The position numbers and the translations under genes are program-made. A stretch of DNA of 63,618 bases, the filler included, from Octopus bimaculoides (taxonomy: Eukaryota), in the NCBI RefSeq assembly GCF_001194135.2. It is 5 parts of 5 records of this genome, joined end to end, with 100 filler letters (N's around TTAATTAATTAA, not from the genome) between each part and the next. Parts side by side here need not be neighbours in the genome. Positions count along the whole stretch, not along the records: positions 26,234 to 56,238 come from NC_069003.1; positions 56,339 to 61,169 come from NC_069000.1; positions 61,270 to 63,618 come from NC_068982.1; 2 more parts are not named here. The stretch is one strand, 5' to 3'. Below the pieces are notes generated by a model. That model saw only the letters and a list, made by a program, of their open reading frames with translations, was not told the DNA's origin and made no database searches. Shown piece after piece: positions 52,135 through 62,369 of this stretch (positions within the stretch are counted from its first letter, which is position 1; every line of letters starts with the position of its first letter).

Positions 52135-52470
52135 AAACCTCGGCTGAATTTGAACTCAGACGGCAGACGAAATATCACTAAGCATTTCGCCCTGCGTGCT
52201 AACGATTCTGCCAGCTCGCCACCTTAACAACCATAACGATAATGGTTTTAAATCTTGGTACAAGGCCAGCAAGTTCGGGGAGGGGGTAAGACGATTACAT
52301 CGACCCCAGTAGTGTTCAAGTGGTCTTTTTTTTTGTTTTGTTTCTGTCAACGCTGAAAGGATGAAGGGCAAAGTCGACCTCGGTGGAATTTGAACCCAGG
52401 ACGTTGAAAGACGGCCGAAATGCCGCTAAGCATTTTTGCCCGGCATGCTAACGATTGTGCCGGCTCGCCA
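52135..52470 (-). mobile_element. SINE family C, tandem units
   Basis: Reverse-complement gaatttgaactcag..ctaacgattctgccagctcgccacctt occurs twice. Confidence 0.8.
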
Positions 52471-52932
52471 CACTACCACCACCACCACCACCACACCACC
52501 ACCAACAACGACAACGACACCAACGGTAATAATGAGGATGAAGAGAGGAAAGAACCGAATGACCTGGTCTTCGTATAAACAGCTTCACTTCAATTTTCAA
52601 TATTTCTAAATCGATAATAAATAATTTCTAGATTTCAGAAAGTCTACCAATAATTTAAAGTCTGTTTAATCCTAAAACTCTACTTAAATACTTTTACCAA
52701 AGTAGAATTCATATTTAATATCGATGTTGTTATTGCTGTTGTTATTCTTATTTATGTCGCCTACTGTTGTTGTTGTTGCCAATGTCGCTGTTGTTAATGT
52801 TATTGTTGTTGTCATGGTTGATTTCGTGCTTTGTGTTGTTTGTTGCTGTTGTAGTACATTATTTCTGTCTTCTTTCTTACAATATTTATGACAACGACAA
52901 CGATAAAGATAGTAATAACAACAATACTGCTG

Positions 52933-53031
<99 letters not shown>

Positions 53032-53189
53032 GGAAAGAAAATGGTACGAACATCAACCAGAAAGTGTAATAGGGAATGGCCAGTGTAATGTTTTATAGGA
53101 CTTTAATGTACAAACTGATTGAGAAATTCATGCTAGGCGACCAGATATTATCATTCTGGACAAGGGTGAAAAAAAAAAAAAAGACGCAG

Positions 53190-53566
53190 TTATAATAGCA
53201 GTATCAGGCAGTGGGTCCCATGGCTTTTGATCTTAACTGATTGGAAGTGTTATCATGTACATTGTTTTGTCTTGGTATAAAAGATGGGCTACAGCAAATA
53301 TTCTGCTCAATACCACAGACTTGCTTGTCAGTTGTTTGACCGTATCTAGTTGAGCATGTCCCTTAGTGGCTGATGATATGTGCATCTCTGTTCACGAGCA
53401 GAAATAGCGGGGTAGCATCATAGCCATGTGTTGTGAGGAATTCCTCTTTTTCACCTCTGGAAATATGAGTTTTTCATTCATCATCCTTAAACGAACCTTA
53501 TTCAGGGACCTTTTGAGTGGGATGGGCTACTGAAACAAAATTCAGGGACCTTTTGAGTGGGATGGG
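53190..53566. repeat. Probable interspersed repeat ending in a 26-bp direct duplication
   Basis: ttcagggaccttttgagtgggatggg at 53501 and 53541. The family is recognised from memory only; there is no second copy in the window. Confidence 0.4.
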
Positions 53567-54568
53567 CACAAAAACAAAAGCAAGGATTGCTATCAAAGAA
53601 AGTTCATTCAACACCTATTTTCAGGCCCAAACGGAATGTGCCGTTTGCGGTGGTAGACCAGAATAATGAAGAACGAGAACGGTTGGAAAGCCTGAATACA
53701 AGTGAAAAGATTGACCATGTAGACTGGGCAGCACCGGCGGTCTATGAGCAAAAAATAACAATAAGCTAAGAGAGTGCACAGACTTCTCAACCGGATTAAA
53801 CGACCATTTACTCACACACAATTACCCACTACCAAGCCTAGAAGAAGTATTTGCTAAACTAAATGAAAGGAAAATTTTCTCAAAGTTAGACCTCTTAGAG
53901 GCGTACCTTCAAATTCAGTTAAAGAAAGATTGCACACATCTACTAACAATCAACACGCACCGTGGATTGTACAAGTTCAAACGACTGCCGTTTGGAATAA
54001 AAGTGGCACCCGCCATATTCCAACAAATAATGGATGCGATGTTAAGTGATTGCGACTTCGCCATCGCATACCTCGATGACATTTTGATAAAGAGAGAGTC
54101 TCGAGTCCGACACGCCGAACACATAAAGAAAGTATTCGCGAGAATAAGTGAATACAGTCTAAAACTGACAGAAGAAAAATGCGAATTTTTGATGGAAAAA
54201 AAATAAAATACCAAGGTCAAGTAATCGACGAAAGTGGACGCAGACCGGACCCATCAAGGGCGACGGCAATACGAAATATGCCACCCCCCGACGAACTTGA
54301 CAATGCTACAAGATTTCCTAGGCTTGGTAAATTATTACCAAGTGTATATCCTAAATATACATAAGGTAAAGGCACCACTTAATGAATTACTAAATGAAAA
54401 AATAACAAATGGGTTTGGACAGAGAAATGTTAGAAAGAATTTAACGAGTTAAAAGATGTGTTAACTTCAGACTTGTATCTTACGCATTTCGACCCACAGT
54501 TAGAGATAATGCTGGCTACAGATGCCAGCGAGTATGGGATAGAAGCCGTGCTCCTACACAAGGATAAC
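53566..54568 (+). pseudogene. Gypsy (Mag-like) LTR retrotransposon RT-RNaseH fragment
   Basis: PIFRPKRNVPFA, WAAP, DFSTGLN..YPLP, FSKLDL..AYLQ, RLPFGIKVAPAIFQ, AYLDD, FLGLVNYY, LTHFDP..ATDASEYG. It has a few frameshifts and no LTRs. Confidence 0.95.
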
Positions 54569-54689
54569 CATATATATATATATACAGAGAGGGAGAGAGA
54601 AAGAGAGAGAGAGGGAGGACAGAGAGAGAGAGTGAGTGAGAGAGAGAAAGATGTGTGTATGTGCGTGTGTGTGTGTGTGTGTGTCCCAC

Positions 54690-54900
54690 CACCGTATAAC
54701 AGCCAGTGTTGGTGCATTTATGTCCCTGTAACATTAGCGGTTCGAAAAAAGACATCGATAGGCTTCTTTAAAAAAAGACATCGATAGGCTTCTTTAAAAA
54801 AAGAATAGCTACGGGGGTCGATTCATTCGACTAAAAATTCTTCAAGGCGGTGCCGGAGCATGACCGCAGGCTAATGACCGGAACAAGTAAAAAATAAAAG
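54690..54900 (+). mobile_element. SINE family A, 3' half with an internal ~25-bp tandem duplication
   Basis: gtccctgtaacattagcggttcg...(aaaaagacatcgataggcttcttta)x2...ggggtcgattcattcgac...gaacaagtaaaa. Confidence 0.8.
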
Positions 54901-55300
54901 ATATACATACATAGATACATAAACTTCAAACGAAGTAGAAATCTTTAATTAAACTTGTTTCATATATTGTTGTTGTTGATTGTCTCCAACCAATCACAAC
55001 TAAGATCATTAAATTCAACAAACCCACTCGCTACCCAACCAACATTCACTTCTATATACGTGTATAGATGTATGTCCATATATATATATATATATACATC
55101 TATGCATATATATATACATATATATATATGCATATATATCTATGCATATATATATATATATATTTATATAATTTTATATATATTTATANNNNNNNNNNNN
55201 NNNNNNNNNNNNNNNNNNNNNNNNNNNNNNNNNNNNNNNNNNNNNNNNNNNNNNNNNNNATATATGTATATATATATATATATATATGTACATATATATA

Positions 55301-55350
<50 letters not shown>

Positions 55351-55859
55351 GGTATATATGTATATATACATACATACGCATGCCTATATATATGTATGTA
55401 TATATATATATACATATATATATATTCTTTTTACTATTATTATTTCTGTTGCCCGCTCTCTTCGTGCTGATGCGGTATAAGTCTTGTAGTAAAAGGCAAG
55501 TGGATGTCAGGAACTTACCAATACGATTTTTAGAAGAACAAACCAAAACCGTAAACTAAGCTTATTATATTTGAATTATAGAAAGAGGAATCAGATTTTT
55601 GGTTTGTTGTGTTTCCTTCCTTCCTCAACTTTCCAAGGATTTGTTTTTTTTTTCTTTTCTTTCTCTTTGATGATCAAAAGACTAACCAGAATAAATTAAA
55701 ATAAAATGGTTTTCTTGTTCTTGCAGGATAAAAGTTGGTTCTGATGATTAAAGAAGAGTTATTAGAGCATCGGAATCGGTTTGTAGATTGCTTTGCGGTG
55801 ATCGTTTGCGGCTCTTAACGTACTGAGTTCGAATTTGTACCGCGTATTATTCGTTCACT

Positions 55860-56210
55860 TATTCGGGCATTCATCATCATCATCATTGTTGTCAACGTCG
55901 TCGTCGTCATCATTATCACCATTAACATCACCATCATCATCATCATCGTCATCTCCATGGTCGTCGTCGTCATCATCATCATCATCATTATCATCAATGA
56001 CACCATCACCACCTTCTTCATCAATATCATCATCGTCATCATCATTATCATCGTCATCATCAACATCACCACCATCTTCATTATCAACATCATCGTCATC
56101 ATCATCATCATCAACACCACCACCACCACCATCATCATCATCATCCATCAACATCATCATCATCATCATCATCCATCATCGTCATCAGCATCAACATCCA
56201 CACCATCAAC
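55860..56210. repeat. (CAT/CAC/CGT)n trinucleotide array
   Basis: Read directly. Confidence 0.95.
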
Positions 56211-56238
56211 CTCCGGACATTTCATTTTCGAATCCTAG

Positions 56239-56338
56239 NNNNNNNNNNNNNNNNNNNNNNNNNNNNNNNNNNNNNNNNNNNNTTAATTAATTAANNNNNN
56301 NNNNNNNNNNNNNNNNNNNNNNNNNNNNNNNNNNNNNN
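56239..56338. other. Artificial scaffold linker N44-TTAATTAATTAA-N44
   Basis: Exact structure as at 13029. Confidence 0.95.
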
Positions 56339-56551
56339 TTATGAGAGGTTATGGTGTCAATAAGACCCAAAGGTGTCAGGTACTGCTGAGTAAGTGCTAT
56401 GGATAGACCATAGTTAAGCTCCAGGTTCGGTGATTATGCGAATGAGGAGTCCAACGTAGGTCATATATCAGCATGTGTATATATATATAAAAAAATTAAC
56501 AGAATGAGAAAAATCCAAGGCTGTGAAAGACTTAAGAACATTTATAAATAG

Positions 56552-56599
56552 GTCTTACAGCTGTTTCCGGGATATGTTATATATCCCTTCATCGGAGAC
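56552..56599 (-). ncRNA. Type I hammerhead ribozyme motif (U4C variant)
   Basis: Minus strand: GUCU-CCGAUGA-a GGGAUAU auaac AUAUCCC g-GAAA-C AGCU G-UA-AGAC. Stem I is 4 bp, stem II is 7 bp, and stem III is the palindrome ACAGCUGU. Confidence 0.75.
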
Positions 56600-56767
56600 G
56601 ATGTGAGAAAATGGTTAAGCAATAGTTATTCTAGATAAGATATGAAATAGAGAGTTAAGTGGAGGAATGAAAATAGACGTGAGATATGCAGGGATATTGA
56701 ATCTGCAGTTCCATTATTTCGGCAGAATGGTATATATATATATACAAGATTCCTGTACCTTGTGCGT

Positions 56768-56885
56768 AAGTTCCAATAGTATTTAAAATTGGTCATTCTA
56801 AGAAGAAAAATAAAACCCTCGATTCAATAAGACCGTTTACAAACTCTATGCTTGGAATGACCAATTTTAAATACTACTGGAACTT
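56768..56885. repeat. 35-bp inverted repeat with a 48-nt spacer
   Basis: aagttccaatagtatttaaaattggtcattctaag (56768-56802) versus cttggaatgaccaattttaaatactactggaactt (56851-56885); 2 mismatches. Confidence 0.9.
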
Positions 56886-57599
56886 GGTTATCACACATCA
56901 TTCAGTAACTGATTACCAGAAACCTACCAAGCAACGGTCATTTACTCGAACAACCCGCAGTAAAGCTGGGATTGAGGGAGATTAGGGTGGAGCAGATTGG
57001 AATGAAATGTTTCGTTCAAAAAATAAAAAATAAAAAAAACGCAGCACCCTGTCAATGAATCGAAACAACAATCTTGTGATTGTTAGAGCAACATATTAAC
57101 TGTTTCACCACACGCTTTCACTTGCCAATTTAAGAGCATACACATATCGATTTGAAATGTTGGCACAAGGTCAACAAGTTCGTGAAAGAGAGTGAGTTAA
57201 TTACATCGACCCTAGTGATCTGCGGATACTTATTTTATCTACCCCGACGACGTTTGGCTACCAATTTTCACTCTCTTTAATTTCTGTTCGAATTGATTTC
57301 ATATTTAGTGTAATGATATACTTTTATATGCTAATCAATGCCATGGAAATCATTTTCGCCATAAATCAATAAATAGTTATTAGCTATCAAAGTTTGAAAA
57401 TTTGGGGTAATTTTAGCGAATCGTAAGCCGCAGACATATTTATGCTTGTTTCCTTAGTAACAAGCCAAACATGAGAACTCTTTTGTCTGCGAGAAAGCAC
57501 GTGTTGACAAAGATATTCCAGTCATTGTGGTAGTTGTCATATGTGGTAAAAATAGCAGCCAAATAGGCCTTTAATCATGCAACAGAGGAGGTTCGGTTT

Positions 57600-58290
57600 C
57601 ATACTTGCAAGAAAAGGCTGTTATACCTAAAAGAAAATTATGCTAAACGAAGTATTTTATGAGGACAAGAAAACGTGGTGGGAATGTGTATTGGTGATGT
57701 TCGTGCCAAGGAGGTTGTGTCAGTGTGGAAAGACACATGGTCTGAAGGTGGCACCCTTCCTCTCAGGACTGTAGTGCTTTTCCATTTCTCATGGGTTAAG
57801 GAATTGACTCCAGTTCAGTTTTGTGCTGAAGAAATGGGGATGAACCATTGCCCAGATGTTGATTATAACAGCTGTGTTAGGGGAGTATGTACGGAGGACC
57901 TGCTCCGTCATCAATTTCAAGTTGGTGGTCCTGGAAAGATTGCTGAGATCGACGAAACAGTCTTCTCAGGATGTAAGTTCAACCGAGGAAGAGTGCTACC
58001 CTAGCAGTGCAATTTCAGAGGAGTGTGTCGCGAGACCAGACAGGTTTTTCTTTATGCAGTGCCATATCGAATCATGACACACTGGAGGAATTCATATGTC
58101 ATTCGATTCTTCTAGGAACCGCGATTTTCAGCGATTTGTGGAGGGCGTACACTTACATTCCTGAAATTGATGGTTAAAATTTTGAGCATAGAACGGTGAA
58201 CCACACCGTCAGGTTTGTTAACTCGAAAGATGCTACTCACACTCAGCAAGTGGAGTTATATGAGACTCTGTAAAGCGAGGTAATAAACGA
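57600..58290 (+). pseudogene. Merlin (IS1016/ISXO2-like) DDE transposase remnant
   Basis: VGGPGKIAEIDE(57945)..KFNRGR..GVCRET..F..V..R..TL..I..GT.IFSDLWRAY..HRTVNH..FV..HTQQVE, with stops and frameshifts. Confidence 0.88.
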
Positions 58291-58363
58291 CGCTGTACAC
58301 TTACCATTCTTTGCTAGATTCATATCTTTTAAGTTTGTGTTATAAGTTTCTTATTTTGAGAAA

Positions 58364-58743
58364 TGTTGTTGTTGTTGTTAGCACTCCGTCGCTTACAGCG
58401 TCGAGGGTTCCAGCTGATTCGATCAACGGAACAGCCTGCTCGTGAAATTAACGTGCAAGTGGCTGAGCACTCCACAGACACGTGTACCCTTAACGTAGTT
58501 CTTGGGGATATTCAGCGTGACACAGTGTGACAAGGCTGGCCCTTTGAATTACAGGCACAACAGAAACAGGAAGTAAGAGTGAGAGAAAGTTGTGGTGAAA
58601 GAGTACAGCAGGGTTCGCCACCATCCCCTGCCAGAGCCTCGTGGAGCTTTAGGTGTTTTCGCTCAATAAACACTCACAACGCCCGGTCTGGGAATCGAAA
58701 CCACGAGTCCGCTGCCCTAACCACTGGGCCATTGCGCCTCCAC
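58364..58743 (-). mobile_element. SINE family B, full length
   Basis: tRNA head with A-box TGGCCCAGTGG and B-box GTTTCGATTCC (anticodon region shortened relative to 26113-26133), and a (CAA)n tail. Confidence 0.93.
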
Positions 58744-59639
58744 ATTTTTTAGAAATATGTAATTTNNNNNNNNNNNNNNNNNNNNNNNNNNNNNNNNNNN
58801 NNNNNNNNNNNNNNNNNNNNNNNNNNNNNNNNNNNNNNNNNNNNNNNNNNNNNNNNNNNNNNNNNNNNNNNNNNNNNNNNNNNNNNNNNNNNNNNNNNNN
58901 NNNNNNNNNNNNNNNNNNNNNNNNNNNNNNNNNNNNNNNNNNNNNNNNNNNNNNNNNNNNNNNNNNNNNNNNNNNNNNNNNNNNNNNNNNNNNNNNNNNN
59001 NNNNNNNNNNNNNNNNNNNNNNNNNNNNNNNNNNNNNNNNNNNNNNNNNNNNNNNNNNGTCGAGCGTAATTCATTTGTTTACGGTTTCATATAAACACGC
59101 ACGTGCTATTTTCAGGATGTTGACAAAATGTACAGTCACCCACAAAATGACAGCTTCCAAATCCTGTTTCCTGACTGGGAGAAAATTATCAAACTTTAAA
59201 CCTCTATAACGTTTTTTTTTTTTTAATTCTGGAAAAAGTGAAATATATCTAGTAATTCAGCTTGGAAAACTACATTAATGTACCAAATTCTAAACTTTTC
59301 AATAAACTTTCAGTTTTGAAATCTTGGCAGCCAAACAAAAAAGATCCGAGGGACGAAATAACGCTAAGCATTATACCCATGCTAACGATACTGCCAGCTC
59401 GTCTCTTTAGAACATACGAATGTTGAACAGTTTATAAGTCATAAGAAATATCATTACGACCGTCATTTCGTCATTCAAGTATTTATTACTGGTGATGAGA
59501 TGTGTGGGACCTCGCTTGGTCCTACCTGAGATTCGAAACTGAATCTGTAAACTCTCCCTATTCATACCACCTATTGTTCTGTCAGGGATAAACGCAGATA
59601 CATGTGTTTTCCATTTGACTCTTAACATTTTCTATGCCA

Positions 59640-59960
59640 TGGAGAGTTGAAATAGATTGGACTTGTAATATACGAATCAGCCGGTCAATTTCTCTCTGAA
59701 AATCCCAGTTTATCCAGATTCTCCTTTAAGCATTTACTAACAAAACCTAGTGCTCCAATTATTATTGGTATGAATATGAATTCATAGTCTGGACATAGAA
59801 GTTGGAGGTTTTGAAGCAGTTGTCCATCGATATCCTCTTTTTCTTGGATTTTCAAAGAGATTTTTATATCTGCAGGGCAGCTAATCTCTATAATGGTCCA
59901 TACTTTTGCCCCTCTGTCCCAAACAACAATATCCGGCCTGTAATGTTTTGGTCGAAACAT
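59640..59960 (-). pseudogene. RLE-type non-LTR retrotransposon 3' fragment, second copy
   Basis: KHYRPDIVVWDRGAK..IIEISCPAD..EKED..IPIIIGALGFVSKCLKENLDKLGFSER; closely similar to 35750-36030. Confidence 0.88.
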
Positions 59961-59966
59961 ATCTAA

Positions 59967-59998
<32 letters not shown>

Positions 59999-60169
59999 CG
60001 CAAACAAACACGGCACAAGTTATTGGTACGAGTGCAAATATACAAACAAATGTAAAGCCGTGAGTCTCTGAGGCAACTTCAGAACGAGACATGGGTAGAG
60101 GTGAGACAATGGAAAATGGCGTCCTATAGGATTTGAAAAGGAAAGTGAAGATGTATCTTTTACATGAGT

Positions 60170-60547
60170 CATATATTAGATTGCAGCTATATCGGGGCAC
60201 CGCCTTGAAGGGTCTAATCGAACAAATTTACTCCAGTTCATATTTTTAAGCCTAGTACTCATTCTATCGGTTTCTTCTGATAAACCGCTATATGGGGACG
60301 TAATCAAATCACCATCGGTTGTTAAGCATCTTGGTGGATAAACACAAAGACACACACACACACACACACACCAATGTCTACGACAGGCTTCTTTCATTTT
60401 CCGTCTTCCAATTCTACTCACCTGGCTTTACTCAAAACACTTTGGTCAGCCCGCGGCTATTGTAGAAGACACTTGTCCAAGGTGCCAACAGTGGGACTGA
60501 ACCCAGAACCATGTAGTTGGAAAGCAAACAGCTTACCACACAGCCAC
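60170..60547 (-). mobile_element. SINE family A, full length
   Basis: ggggcaccgccttgaag...cctagtactc...gtgggactgaacccagaaccatg...cttaccacacagccac. Confidence 0.85.
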
Positions 60548-60551
60548 AATA

Positions 60552-61169
60552 AGGCGGCGAGCTGAGAGAATCATTATTGCGCCGGATAAATTGCTTAACG
60601 GCATTTCTTTCGACTTCACGTTCTTAGCTCAAATTCTGCCGAGGTCGACTTTGCCCTTCATCCTTTCGGGGTCTATAAACTAAGTACCAGTTGAGTACTG
60701 GGGTCGATGTTATCGACTAGCCCCCTTTCTCAAAGTTTCTGGCTTTTGTGCCTATAGTAGCAACGATTATTACTGTTATAAAAGTTGGCGAGTTGGTAGA
60801 AACGTTAGCACGCCGGGCGAATTGCCTAGCGGCATTTCGTCTGCCATTACGTTCTGAGTTCAAATTCCGCCGAGGGCGACTTTGCCTTTCATCCTTTCGA
60901 GATCGATAAATTAAGTACCAGTTACGCATTGGGGTCGATGTAATCGACTTAATCCCTTTGTTTGTCCTTGTTTGTCCCCTCTATGCTTAGCCCCTTGTGG
61001 GCAATAAAGAAATAAGAATCGTTAGCACACCGGAAAAAATGCTTGGCGGCATTTCCTCCGACGATGCGTTCTGAGTTCAAATACCGCAGGGGGCCGACCT
61101 TGCCTTTCATCCTTTCGAGGTCGATAAAACAAGTAGCAGTCGAGTACTGAAGATCGATGTAATCGCCTT
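60552..61169 (+). mobile_element. SINE family C, three head-to-tail units
   Basis: Units start at ~60552, ~60782 and ~61015, each with gttct(g/t)ag(t/c)tcaaat..gactttgcc(c/t)ttcatcctttcg. Confidence 0.88.
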
Positions 61170-61269
61170 NNNNNNNNNNNNNNNNNNNNNNNNNNNNNNN
61201 NNNNNNNNNNNNNTTAATTAATTAANNNNNNNNNNNNNNNNNNNNNNNNNNNNNNNNNNNNNNNNNNNN
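61170..61269. other. Artificial scaffold linker N44-TTAATTAATTAA-N44
   Basis: Exact structure as at 13029. Confidence 0.95.
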
Positions 61270-61449
61270 TATATATATCATAAGAGCACACATATGCGCC
61301 TGCCTGCTAGATATAAGAGTTAAAATTCTCGTTCAAACCACCAAAACTTACAAAATAACGCTGAAAATAACTCAATCAACAATACTCGGGCGAACAGATC
61401 GAACGAAATTTTTCTCATAGCTATATTATATTATGCTATACATTTCTTA

Positions 61450-61496
61450 GTAGACCGGTTTCTGTCTTAATATAACAACGTTACGTTCATCAGCAC
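61450..61496 (-). ncRNA. Type I hammerhead motif, intact core with weak stems
   Basis: GUG-CUGAUGA-acguaacguuguuauauuaagaca-GAAA-C CG G-UC-UAC; the base of stem II is mismatched. Confidence 0.55.
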
Positions 61497-61897
61497 GTAT
61501 CAACCATTTGAAAAATTATCCCAACTCGCTGCGTTGAAATCTGCTGGCGCCTTGAATTGTTTTGCGCCAAGACCAGGACAACCTCAGTGTGAAAAATACC
61601 AGTCAGGAGCAAATATTCAGGAGTGAATATTTATATAGATATTATTATTTCTATTATTATCGAAGGCAATATAAATAGTTGATAATAACAGCAACATTAA
61701 TATAGGTAGTTGCAGGCCTAAAATAGCATTGCGCAGCTATAGAATTAAAATTATATCAATCATAAGGGCACACGAATGCGTCTAAAATAACACTGAAAAT
61801 AACAGAATCAACAGTACTCCGGGGCGAGCGGTTCGAAAAATTATCTTTCAAAAACCTATATAGCATAATGCTATATATTGCTTTGTATTAGTAAACG

Positions 61898-61946
61898 CGT
61901 GGACCGGTTTCTAGTTTAATATAACAATCTTACCTTCATCAGCACG
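61898..61946 (-). ncRNA. Type I hammerhead ribozyme motif (canonical core)
   Basis: CGUG-CUGAUGA-agguaagauuguuauauuaaacua-GAAA-C CG G-UC-CACG. Stem I is a perfect 4 bp, stem III is the palindrome ACCGGU, and stem II is imperfect. Confidence 0.72.
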
Positions 61947-62333
61947 TATATTGCCTCCTGATATATATATTTATATATTCGTCCTTAGTCGAAAGACACC
62001 TGTTGTTAATGTCCCGTTATTTGCATTTGTATTTGTGTACCATTTCTCTGTTTTTTTCGTCCTTGTTTTCGTATACATTCGCTGCTTTCTTTCAAGGAAT
62101 CTAGTGCTCTTAGTTTTTCTTTGGGGCTGACCAGATTGGTGCAATCTCGAGTATAACCAGCCGAAATTGCAAAGATAATCTGGAACTCGACTGAGGGAAG
62201 AGAACTCCGAATGACCCGTCCTTGTTTTTTCTTGTCCTTTTTTTTGTATCATCGGTCTGGATGTTTTGTTGTCCCTTTCTTCTATCATCTAACAGTCTGG
62301 ATGTTTGCGTTCTTGTCCCACTTTTGTATTCGT

Positions 62334-62369
<36 letters not shown>

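Larger units (their letters stand above)
61270..61955 (-). mobile_element. Tandem hammerhead-bearing repeat (Penelope pLTR / retrozyme-like)
   Basis: 61275-61500 and 61755-61950 are diverged homologues (cataag(a/g)gcacac..aaaataac(g/a)ctgaaaataac..gaccggtttct..ttcatcagcacgtat), each containing a hammerhead. Confidence 0.75.

Noticed and set aside
55700-55790. Strong plus-strand acceptor ttcttgttcttgcag at 55726
   Set aside because: All three frames stop within 8 codons and no good donor follows, so an exon cannot be supported.
59480-59560. Plus-strand GUGAUGA...hairpin...CGAAAC...GUA
   Set aside because: It has C3G and no stem I pairing, despite an 8-bp internal hairpin.
61975-62335. (TA)n-flanked element with CTGAGGG...CGAA and GAAAG...GTT motifs as a further hammerhead
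   Set aside because: The core does not match CUGAnGA/GAAA, and stems I and III cannot be formed. It is probably a repeat but remains unclassified.
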